Below, piece after piece: positions 26,420 to 41,391 of a DNA stretch of 64,000 bases. The notes beneath the pieces are model-generated. The model saw only the letters and a list, made by a program, of their open reading frames with translations, was not told the origin of the DNA and did not search any database. The first letter of the stretch is position 1; each line of letters opens with the position of its first letter. Origin of the DNA: Octopus vulgaris (Eukaryota); the NCBI GenBank assembly GCA_951406725.2, contig OX597826.1, positions 52,948,001-53,012,000 of the forward strand. The letters are read 5' to 3'. The position numbers were made by a program, and so were the translations under genes.

Positions 26420-26627
26420 ATTCAAAATGTGACCGCGTGTGTGTACCGTTGGCGATGTTTTTCCTCCGGCTTCCCTTCTTTGGATCTCTCCTTTTGCTAT
26501 GTTTCTGACGAAGAGCTCGAAACGTTAAACACTCCTTTTTTCCTTCTTTCCTGAGCGTCCAATAACATTATACTTCTTCCACGTCCACGCGTTGTTGTGT
26601 TTTCTCTTTGTGTTTTCATGTTTGGAT

Positions 26628-26632
<5 letters not shown>
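26420..26632 (+). mobile_element. Solo PLE pLTR-like fragment between (TA)n tracts
   Basis: Contains a minimal HHR and is bounded by TA repeats. Confidence 0.6.
26501..26530 (+). ncRNA. Minimal type I hammerhead motif
   Basis: guuu CUGACGA a gagcuc GAAA cgu UA aac. Stem III region is the palindrome aacguu, and stem II has no loop. Confidence 0.6.
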
Positions 26633-26704
<72 letters not shown>

Positions 26705-26808
26705 GTATATATATAGATAGATATAGATATAGATAAATATAGATAGATAGATATAGATAGATAGATATAGATATAGATATAGGTATCGATATAGATATAC
26801 ACACACAT

Positions 26809-27075
26809 ACAAAGATAAATTGATAGATACAACTGAGTGGGCAAACAAAAATACGAGACACAGCCTAGTGCTTTATTTATGTTGATAAGCCTGGTACTTA
26901 TTCTATTAGTTTGTTCTTATGAAATGAGTAACTTATGGGGATGTAAACAAATGAACAGCAGTTGTGAAGCAGTGATGAGGGCGAAATACAGAGACAAAGA
27001 CACACACATACACTTACATATATACATACATATATATATATACGATTGATTTGTTTCAGTTCCTGTCTACGAAAT

Positions 27076-27150
<75 letters not shown>

Positions 27151-27339
27151 CATGTATGTATGTATGTATGTATGTATGTATGTATGTATGTATGTATGTA
27201 TGTATGTGTGTATGTATGTATGTATGTATGTATACACACACACAAAGATAAATTGATAGATACAACTGAGTGGGCAAACAAAAATATGAGACACTGCCTA
27301 GTGCTTTTTTTATTTTGATAAGCCTGGTACTTATTCTAT
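26809..27339 (+). repeat. ~100-bp direct duplication (26809-26906 / 27242-27339)
   Basis: acaaagataaattgatagatacaactgagtgggcaaac..aagcctggtacttattctat occurs twice. Confidence 0.85.
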
Positions 27340-27445
27340 CTATATATACATTTACATATACAAGTATACATATACATCTATATCTATAGAAATCAATACA
27401 TATACATGTATAGATATACATCTATATATATATACATCCATATAT

Positions 27446-27484
<39 letters not shown>

Positions 27485-27491
27485 TATATGT

Positions 27492-27537
<46 letters not shown>

Positions 27538-29739
27538 GTGTATTTAAATTTATAATAACGGTAAAAAATTGAATATTAATTTGATGAATATGAATTTAAA
27601 ATCAGTGGTGTAGCATATAAGACCATAGCGGGTCTTCTTCTAGCATAATGGATGTCCATTTACAGTTCATCCCTGTTATATAATAGTTTCACTTTAATAG
27701 TTTCAGTATTAAAGTGAAAGTATTAAAGTGAAAGCATCTCACATTACAATAGAGAGATGTTTTTGTTTCACTTTTGACACGTAATACCGAAATAGTGAAG
27801 AAGATATGATATTGCTGTGGGCTCGCACTAGGCAAAAAGTTAAAACTTTTTGGGGCCATGACACTATATGGATCCTAAGTAAGGAATGTGTAAAATTTGA
27901 ATGAAATTAGTTATGTAGTCCTCAAGTTTTAGGGATTCACACAGACAGACACACACACACACACATTCTCAGTTTTATATATAGATAATTCCAAGAAGTG
28001 TCAGAGAAACATCACTCCAGTATTTATTGGTTGATAATGGACGATTCAGTGAGTCTAAATGTATTTTCCAATCGTACATTTAAACTCAGTATGACAGCTA
28101 GCTAATAGGACTTTGTTTTGTAGTATTTACTTTCTTGTTTGAAACAATGGTTTTCATCTGCCCACAATACATTTTATAATTAGGAAGTCTAAAGAGACGG
28201 TGAGCTCGCAGAATCGTTTGACTCTTATATGCTAGTTCTTTATATTCTTAGTTCCCTCCATAATCAGTTGTACCGATTATCTCCCTCTCCTAAATATTGC
28301 TGGCCTTGTGCTTAAACGAAAAGGAAACATAATTTGGCGGACTAACGTCTGTGAAGGTTAGGACAGTTTTGCTGGATCAGGACACAATGCTCCACCATTA
28401 ATATGTTTTGAGCCATAGGACTGAATCTCATTGGCTGAGCTAATTCAATATGTTCTCTCAGATCTATCACAATATAGATTTATAATCCCCTCTGTTTTCT
28501 ACTTTTAATATCGACTGATTTAATATAACCTTGCAGAATAGAAGGAGTGTCAGAGAAAATAACTTTGGTATTTTGCTAAACTAAAATGTATGTATGTATG
28601 TCTGTTCCAACTATCCCCACATCAATTTTTCATTCACACTTCCAATGTTGATAAAAGAGGTGTCAGTCAAGTGTTGAGAAATGTAGTCGCATATCGTCAT
28701 AAACTAATAAATGTAAACAGTAGGACTATGTTATGAAATGTTTCCATTGAAATATAAACTATTTCCGTCAAATATTATTTAATGTTTAAACCCCACCAGT
28801 CTGCTTCCCCACTGGCGAAAGTCTACAAAGGTTTTGATCACTTGACTCTCTAAGATTAATAATATAAGCATATGAATTACTATATTACTTTCCGGATATC
28901 TAGCAATTCAGAATATGAATTTAATGTCATTTCTTGTGAAGTTATTTCACTGGTTCTGTAGTTTCTGACAAATAATATTACATAGCATTACTCGGACCGT
29001 GCATTGACAAAAATGTTACAGCGTCGGACAAAATGCTTTGTGGTGCTTCTTCCAGCTCTTTACATTCTCAGTTTAAAGCCCACTAGAGTCAACTTTGCCA
29101 TCTAGGGTCGATAAAATAACGTACCAGTCAAAATACTGGTGGTCCATTTTATCGTTTACTCTCTCCTCTCATGTCTGTCTCTTCACGCCTCTGTTAAGAT
29201 GTTTAGTTACTACAGAGCTGGTAAATGTCGCCGAAGCGCTAAACAGATTGCCTTGCGCTATCCTTCTCAGTCTCTTGTAATCTCAACATAGTCATTCTTC
29301 TTTCATTTCATTCTTCTGTATCAAAAAGATAAAGTATCACACAAATCATGGGATCAATATAATTGACTAAATTTTCTCCCCTAAATATCTACCGTTGTTC
29401 CATTCTTAGAAACAGTTATTATAGGCGTTTATTCACGCATACAATTCTCTTTAATCTTTTATCTCTCCAGACCCGATATCTGCTGCTATCTACCTCTAGT
29501 AACGATGTAATATAACTCTTATCTGTTGCATTTTTATTTATTGATACACACGCGGTCAAACTCCCCACTAACTTGCAACAATATAATCTCCGGAAAACAG
29601 TAATTATGAGATATAACTGCCATTTATTCCCAAGCAACACTTGCAATATTATTTGTCTATACCTATCATTCCTAACTATAATATAACGTTGTTTCACTTA
29701 CAGACGTCGATTACTATCTAGCTTTACTAACAGATGTCA

Positions 29740-32094
<2,355 letters not shown>

Positions 32095-32239
32095 TAGTCA
32101 TGATGGGTATATTGGGCTTCGTATATTTTACCCCAGTGTCACTTTGATGGCATGAACTGCTCTCTCACTCAATAAAAATAATAATAATCTTTTTTACTCT
32201 AGGCACAAGGCCTGAAATTCGTGGGAGGGGATAGTCGAT

Positions 32240-33113
32240 TACATCAGAAACACACGCACCAATGGTTACGAAGCTCAGGGCTAAAAGCAGAGAGTGAAGG
32301 ATTCATATTAGCAGGCTCAAGACCAAAGCTTAATAACCCGGAACTACCAAGCCAATGTGATAAAAAAATGGAGCTGATCCCAAATGCCGATTCTGTAACG
32401 ATGAGATTGAAACAATAGACCACCTAATCTCAGGGTGTAGAGTCTTAGCACCTGCAGAATATAAACCAAGACATGACAGAGTCGGCCAGTATTTACACTA
32501 GACAATATGTCGGCATTATAAAATCAAAACCGCTGACAAATGGTATAAAGACCATCCTGAAGCTGTGACTGAAGGAGAAAACGTATCGATTCTATGGGAC
32601 TTCCCCGTACATACCGACAAAACTATAAAAGCTAATAAACCGGATATTATTATAAAAGATCAGACAAAAAGATGTGTTTATTAATTGACATGAGTATTCC
32701 TTGCGATCACAATATAACGGCGAAAGAATTTGACAAGATCAGTAAATATAAAGACTTGCTAATAGAAATTGAAAAAATATGACCTCCTAAGGCGACTACA
32801 GTACCAGTGATTGTAGGATCTCTAGGAATGATAAAAAAAGGTACTGAAACCTATTTGAAACTGATACCAGGCTTACCATCCCTACAGGAAGTACAAACAT
32901 CGTGTTAACTGGAACGGATCATGTACTGAGAAGAGCATTATCGTTGTGAAAACAACATCCATTCATGAATTTATTTATTTATTTATTTTTTAAATACATA
33001 TTTTACCTGTGAATTTGCGTGTGTAATCTGGGAATGCATAGAATGAGCTTCTCTGCCCTAGGTGTACGGAAAACACTCGGCGAGAAACGGAGGAAAATTT
33101 GAAGAAAGAAGGA
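32240..33113 (+). mobile_element. R4/Dong-like LINE 3' part ending in (TAA)n
   Basis: HQWLRSSGLKAESEGFILA, CRFCNDEIETIDHLISGC, LWDFPVHTD..KPDIII, KYKDLLIEIEK. Confidence 0.88.
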
Positions 33114-33207
<94 letters not shown>

Positions 33208-33224
33208 GTAATAATAATAATAAA

Positions 33225-33510
33225 GGCCAGCAATTGGAAGTCACCGAGAATAGAATTCCTTTCAACTCACGGTTATGATGCTCCCCCACCACTTCTGCTC
33301 ATGATAAGAGATGCACATATCGTCAGCCACTAAGGGACATGCTCAACTGGTTAATGTCAAACAACTGACAAGCAAATCTGTGGTATCGAACAGAATATTT
33401 GCTGTAGCCCATCTTTTATACCAAGACAAAAAAATGTACATGCTAACACTTCCAACCAGTTAAGATCAGAAGCCATGAGAGCCACTGTCTGGTACTGCAT
33501 CAGGGCATTT
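33225..33510 (-). mobile_element. Unclassified interspersed repeat in TAA/ATT tracts (partial copy at 40620-40810, +)
   Basis: gggctacagcaaatattctg..cagatttgcttgtcagttg..gacgatatgtgcatctc occurs in both places. Confidence 0.7.
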
Positions 33511-33551
33511 ATTATTATTATTATTATTGATATTATTATTATTATTATTGA

Positions 33552-33591
<40 letters not shown>

Positions 33592-33593
33592 GA

Positions 33594-33713
<120 letters not shown>

Positions 33714-34939
33714 CACCATCATCATCATCATCACTGATATTATTTTCATATTTTTTACTACAATTTGTCATTGTTAATATTTCCTCCGATCCGACATGAG
33801 TTTTGGCTAAATTATTGTTATTACCATTATTACCATCATTATTATTATTTCCATTTATTATTAAAAGGTATTATTGAATGTTATTTAGTTTCAACTTCTG
33901 TCTTGTAGTTAAGCTGATCATAAAAGAGTGCTTCAGGTAATAATAGTAGCAAGCGAGACAGCTTGGTGGACAGATTAAATTCCACAGGTCTGTAAATAGA
34001 TTCGGCAGATGGAGAAAAGATCGGCAATGGGCATTCCTGTGCGATAAGGAGACAAAAGCGGCCCTTAGGGTCAGCAGAGATCAAATGTGTTTACTACTAC
34101 TAGCGATCGATGAGAGCGCGCTGGCCTTGGCCTTGAAAAGAACCAATTCACCTCGTTCCGTTCTTAATTACTGACAGAAAAAATAATTATACATGCATAT
34201 ATATATGTGTGTATATATATACATATATATATATATATATACGTTTAAATATTTGTTGTGCAAGATTTTTTATGTGAAGTCGTGTGTTGAAACAGATATT
34301 GTTATATTTCGGAATGGTCATATTGCCAGTTTAGCCAATAAAAACACACGCACTATATATTTGGTGTTATTTTGCTTCAGTGATATTTATTTTTTACATT
34401 AATCTTAATCTTATTTCGGCCGAAGTTCTTTCGTCACACTCCTGTGACCGCATCAGTGGTCCTTTGTTTTCTTCTCACTTACTTGTGTCTCTCCTTACTA
34501 ACCGTCAGCCATTTTGTATTTCTATTGTATGTCTTCATTTGCGCATGCTTATATCTCTATGTGCGTCTATGTTTATTTAGTGTGTGTGGGGGGAGGGATG
34601 CCTGTAATATTTGTATCTTCTGGTTATATACATTCTTGTAATTTGTATTTTGTTTTTGTTGTTGTTGCTTTTGTTCTAATTTTGTTCATGTGTTTACATC
34701 CACCCATTATTATCATTACATATGCTTGTATGTATGTATAACAACAATATTAGTAATAATAATAATAAATCTAATCGAAAAAAAAAAAAAAAGAATATAC
34801 ATATACATATATATATACATACATATACATATACATATACATATATATACATATATACACACATATATACACATATAGATATTCATTTCTATTTCTTTAA
34901 TTACCTGTGTATTTATTATGTTTGCAGGATCCACTATTA

Positions 34940-36270
34940 TCATATGTTGTGGTGTGCGCTATTGCTCCATTCTAGTTTTCTATTCAGGCTAGGTTTATTT
35001 TCTATTATATGTGTAGCTTCTGTAATTTGTCTAATTGTTGCATCTGTTCTATGTGTGGACAATATCTTAATCTCTATGTTATTGATTGATCCCCCGTGTT
35101 CTTGTTCGGCGTGTTGGTACAGAATCGATGAGCTTTTACCTTCCTTGAGTTGTCTCCAATGTTCATTCACCCGCTCACCAATGCTTCTTGCAGTTTCCCC
35201 TACGTATGTTACTGTCTTGTTACTGCATCATCCCTCTATACATCTTATACTATAGACCACATTTCTGGCTTTACAGTTCGTTTGTAGGCTAAATCTACAT
35301 ACAGTGCAATAGTTATCCGTACAGAGAGTTCTACTAAAAGGATAGCTTCTACCAATTATAGATCTGATAGGGTTGCCTGGCTTTTCAACAACCTTAATTC
35401 TTAGTTTAAGTTTATCTAGGGTCCTTCTAAAGCGGTACGCTAGTTCACCTCCAGGGGTGGTGTCAACGAACATGACACTCTGGTATTTATGGCTATCATA
35501 CCAAGAGTTGGCCTTCCCTATTTTCTTTTTTGTCCTTTCTATAGTGTTCCATGACTTGTTCCTATAGAGTGGGCAAATCCCATTCCTATCATTACATAAT
35601 ATATTATCAAATTTCTTCATGGCTCCTTTGTATACTCTGATCCTTTGTTTAAGGCTGTAACCTGAGAACTGCATGCGGTGAATGAAATACTGTATGTGTC
35701 TCTTTAATTCTGTAGGCTCGCACATGCGTGACACATTTCTCATTATTCTGACGAGGTCTGCCATCAAAATATTGAATTTGGCATTGCCCGCAATGGCTGA
35801 GTTCCGGTGGATCAGGTATTTTGAGGCCATAGGTTTTGCATAGTATGAATGAAGGATTTGGGTTTTATTTTTCACAATTTCTAGCCAGAGTTCAGTGTCT
35901 AGTACTGGTAGTCTATGGTTGGGGTGTTTAGTGGGGTAGTCTATTGTGACCTTAATACTCTGGTGGATGGAGTTAGCTATTTGCTGGATGCTCTCCATAG
36001 TATTAGTTTCTATTACTATATCAACAGTACTCTCTTGTGGGGGTGCCTTTACTACTATATTGATATCATCAACATAGCGAGAGTACATGTTTACGAGTAT
36101 GGATTTCTGCAGTAGGCATTCTTTAAGCCTTCTGTCCCACCATACCATGAAGAGGTTGGCCACATAACCAGCGATACTAACACCGATGGCTGCCCCCTCG
36201 TCCTAGGCATATATTTTATTATTAAATTTAAATGTGTGGCCTTTTAGGGTAACTCTTATACTAGCTCCTA
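34940..36270 (-). pseudogene. PLE RT C-terminal half plus GIY-YIG (stop and frameshift)
   Basis: GAAIGVSIAGYVANLFM, YSRYVDDI, RLPVLD, CKARNVVYSIRC, YVGETARSIGERVNEH, RQITEATHI..PSLN. Confidence 0.88.
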
Positions 36271-36318
36271 GTGCATGTATGTCTTCATTTGCGCATGCTT
36301 ATATCTCTATAATATATA

Positions 36319-36352
<34 letters not shown>

Positions 36353-36387
36353 GTATATGTATATGTATACATATATACGTATATATA

Positions 36388-36455
<68 letters not shown>

Positions 36456-36554
36456 TATAGAGATATAAGCATGCGCAAATGAAGACATACAATAGAAATA
36501 CAAAATGGCTGACGGTTAGTAAGGAGAGACACAAGTAAGTGAGAAGAAAACAAA

Positions 36555-36599
36555 GGACCACTGATGCGGTCACAGGAGTGTGACGAAATAACTTTGGCC
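36555..36599 (+). ncRNA. Atypical hammerhead-like motif in the pLTR (second copy 34418-34462, minus)
   Basis: ggacca CUGAUGCG gucaca-ggag-ugugac GAAA uaac UU uggcc. Stem II is perfect, but A9 is replaced. Confidence 0.45.
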
Positions 36600-36713
36600 G
36601 AAATAAGATTAAGATTAATGTAAAAAATAAATATCACTGAAGCAAAATAACACCAAATATATAGTGCGTGTGTTTTTATTGGCTAAACTGGCAATATGAC
36701 CATTCCGAAATAT

Positions 36714-36774
<61 letters not shown>

Positions 36775-36816
36775 TATATGTGTGTGTGTGTATATGTATA
36801 TGTATATGTATACATA

Positions 36817-36882
<66 letters not shown>

Positions 36883-36891
36883 TATGTATAC

Positions 36892-36941
<50 letters not shown>

Positions 36942-36943
36942 AC

Positions 36944-36987
<44 letters not shown>

Positions 36988-37099
36988 GTATATGAATACA
37001 TATATATATATATATACATATATATGTATTCATATACATATACATATACATATATATATAAATGTGTAAATGTATATGTATATATATATATGTATATGT

Positions 37100-37162
<63 letters not shown>

Positions 37163-37194
37163 TATGTATACATATACATATATACACACACACA

Positions 37195-37244
<50 letters not shown>

Positions 37245-37679
37245 TGTATGTGTGTGTGTGTACTGATATTCACGCCGTTGAATTTTTGAATTTTTGAATT
37301 TCTTTTTTTCCTATGAAATTTTTCTTTTCTTTTTATAAGTTTAGCTGTGGTTTACAGTTTTTGTAATTGTGCAGTTGTTACAATAAAAGGCATGTTTACA
37401 TATTCGTGCAGTCAGGGAAAAAAGAAAGATAAAATTTTCACACAAAATTGTAGATATTAAAGTTTTAAATTTTACGAGACATGATCTGTTTGTCTGAACA
37501 GAGAAAACTGTAGTATTTTTAGAATAAAGAGAATGTTTACACTTTCGAATACTCGGGCAGAAAGGAAAGGATAGGTACTCACAGAAGTTGTAGGTATTAA
37601 CATTTTTAAAGCTGATCGTTTGTGTGTTTGAAAACTGTAGATTATTATTATTATTATCATTATTATTACTTTTTTTTTC

Positions 37680-38198
<519 letters not shown>

Positions 38199-39799
38199 TT
38201 GTTGTTTTTGTTGTTAATATTATTATCTACAGAATTGTAAAACACGAAACTGGTTACTAAATCATCGAATATATATATATAAGCACACACGCACGCACAC
38301 ACGCGCACACACACACACTAACACACACACGCACATATGTATGTATCAATTTTATTTAAGCGATTAAAAAATTAGTCGTTAAGACAAAATAAAAACCGTG
38401 TATTTCGTTATAATGCAGTGATTCCTTATGTAGAATTAGTTTAGTGGCGAATGTAAACTAGGAAAAGATAACTTGAGCTAGTGTATAACACTTGTTGTGA
38501 GAACATGCTAAATCTAACGTACATAGTCTCTTCTTTGACGTTTTGATTTTAACAAGGAAACACAAATCAAATTTAAAGGGTTTTTTTTTTATCCCATGAT
38601 ATGGAAAGCGTAAATTGATTACAAATATGGTCTTTTAATGATAAGCGCATTTCTTTTAAAGCAGTTTCACAGAAAATAAGAAAATGAAATAAAACAAATA
38701 AACAAGCGACTTTTAATCAATGCATAATTTTAGTGGTGTTAATTATGATGATGACGATAGCGACGGTGACGACCAGGGTGATGATGGTGATGCTGGCGGG
38801 AGGGAGGGAGGGGGGTAGTCATGGTTGTGGTCGCCGTCATGGTCATCGTCGTTATCGTTATGGTGGTAGTCGTTAACATGGTGAGTAATAATGATGAAGA
38901 GGAAACGAAAGAGGAACAAAGGGAAAAGCGAAATGATTAAAGAAAATAACATTAAAAACACAACGAAGATAAAAGGAAAAGGAGAACGAAGAGAACAAAG
39001 AAAGTGATCCAAAATGAAAAGCGGGAACGAGCGAATCAAGAGAATGATCATTTATCGAGCAAGAACACACAGTTCTAATTAAATATACCTCCCATAAAGC
39101 AAAGGTATTAAAATAGTCATAATGGTTTGCCGTAATTCAAATCCCGTGGTCAAGATAATCATTTAGCAAATGCATTGAGCACTTGATTGCATTTCTATTC
39201 CTCAACCAAACAAATAATTACTCCTCAAACCAATAAGGCGCCTCTACGAGATCGTTTAACCAACTAGAAATAGCAGTTAAATATCTCTCAAATTATACTC
39301 TCATGTCTCAGATACTATTTCCAAAAGAAAAAGAAAACATAACATGGCCATAACTGAAATGCATTTCATTTCATGTCTTTAGAATTAGTGATGACATTAA
39401 ATTAGATTTTCTTAAATTTTAAATTAGTGATGACAACTAAAATAAGCAATATATGCCACAAGTTCTACATCAAACCGATTGATTAACAAAGACAGAGAGA
39501 TTTGTTTCATACAAATACAGAAACTTGACTGGTCGACGTTTATAACATTTTTCATATTATAAACATGATTTTCATTTCCTATTGTAAAATGGTTATTCAA
39601 AGAAACATAATTTGGAGCGATTGTTTTAACTCACAGAATCTTTCATTCTGCATTATCGCTACTCGTTGCCAATTATTTAAGGCAAAATTACCGTATGTAA
39701 GATATATACGACTGCCAGCTACAGTTTCGTAGGTTCAAACCTTGTTGCCGTCGTGTTTCTTTCGATAAATGCATTCATTTTTACATTCTTACATTGGCG

Positions 39800-40230
39800 T
39801 GACTGTGGCTGTGTGGTAAGAAGCTTGCTTTCTACCCACATGGTTCTAAGTTCAGTCCCACTGCGTGGCACCTTGGACAAGTGCCTTCTACTATAGCCTT
39901 AGGCTGACAAAAACCTTGTGAACGGATTTGGTAGAAGGTAAATGAAAGAAACCCGTCTTGTATATAATGTGTATGTGTGTGTGTGCGTGTGTCTGTGCAT
40001 GTGTGTGCGTGTATGCACATATCTGTTTGTGTGTCTTTGTGTTTGTGTTTCTCCCTCTCACCACCGCGGTGTTGGTGTGTTTATAACTTCGCGATTTGGC
40101 AAAAGCGACCAATAGAATAAGTACTAGGATTTTTAAAAATGAGCCCTGGAGTCGATTTGTTCGACTAAATAGCCCTTCAAGGCGGTGCCCCAGCATGGCT
40201 GTAGTCAAATGAAGGAAACAAATAAACCAT
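39800..40230 (+). mobile_element. Full-length tRNA-derived SINE with internal GT microsatellite
   Basis: Head tggctgtgtggtaagaagcttgc..agttcagtccca..tggcaccttggacaagtg. Relatives at 11340, 52070 and 61378. Confidence 0.85.
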
Positions 40231-40520
40231 AAAAGATTGCTTCTGTGCATGGAGTTGCTAAGAGCAACTGTTAGATATTCTACCAGTGTTGTCTGCAATT
40301 AGTTAACGTCACATCTACATTGCGGCCGTATATCTACCATCTGTTGAAAGTCTAACTTCTGGGGAAGCTCCTTCCGACCCTACTTCCCATTCTGGGTCCT
40401 ATGTCCAGTCGACACCCGTTCACATCTATTAAGCAATCGGATTTTCATTGAATGCAGCAATGTTTTAGATAAAACACTGAGTTGTAAAGGTAGTTGCTAT
40501 CTCTGAAACTGGTCATTCAA

Positions 40521-40606
<86 letters not shown>

Positions 40607-40809
40607 TAATAATAATAATGGGCTACAGCAAATATTCTGCTCAATACCACAGATTTGCTTGTCAGTTGTTTGAACTTAAACCAGTTGAGCATGTCCTTTA
40701 GTGGTTGACGATATGTGCATCTCTGATCACAAGCAGTAGTAGTAGGGGAGCATCATAGCCGTGTGTTGAGAGGGATTCTTTGGGGTTTGAATAATTCACC
40801 TCAGGAAAC

Positions 40810-40859
<50 letters not shown>

Positions 40860-40863
<4 letters not shown>

Positions 40864-41256
40864 TCTTGAAATAGAAATCAGCAAAATGTGGAACCTGAAG
40901 ACTAAAACAATACCTGTTGTCATAGGTGCCCTGGGAATGATAGCAAAAGGGGCTGATAGCTACCTAACTCAGATACCAGGAAACCAAAAAATGGCAGAAA
41001 TTCAAAAGATAGTGCTCATGGGAACTGCTCATATCCTACGCAAAATACTTTCTATGTAATCTCAAGGTTTAAAACAAACATAATTTTCAGTTTAAAAAAA
41101 AAAAATTTTTAGACATTCATTAGTACAACCCCCCCCCCCCAAATATATGGCACACTAGGGATACCAACAACATAAAATTCTAACCTGTTGTCTCTTGAGG
41201 TCTCTGGGTGAGACTTGGAGCCAACTTATACAAATATAAAGCAAAAGTCAAACATA

Positions 41257-41257
<1 letters not shown>
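40860..41257 (+). mobile_element. R4/Dong-like LINE 3' end in (TAA)n
   Basis: LEIEISKMWNLKTKTIPVVIGALG..IVLMGTAHILRKIL. Confidence 0.85.
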
Positions 41258-41343
<86 letters not shown>

Positions 41344-41391
41344 TAAAATTAATAATAATAACGATAATAACAACAACAACAACAACAACAA

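Larger units (their letters stand above)
25094..27987 (+). mobile_element. Putative non-autonomous Helitron/Helentron-type element or elements, with nested insertions
   Basis: 5' tactagcagagatgcccggcgttgctcg; internal degenerate units (aatttcatcaa / ttaagNcccc); 3' acagacagacacac..ttttatatatagat. The two ends may belong to different copies. Confidence 0.45.
34240..36718 (-). mobile_element. 5'-truncated Penelope-like element with inverted pLTR copy
   Basis: RT and GIY-YIG ORFs on the minus strand. 34296-34559 is the reverse complement of 36456-36718. Confidence 0.92.
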
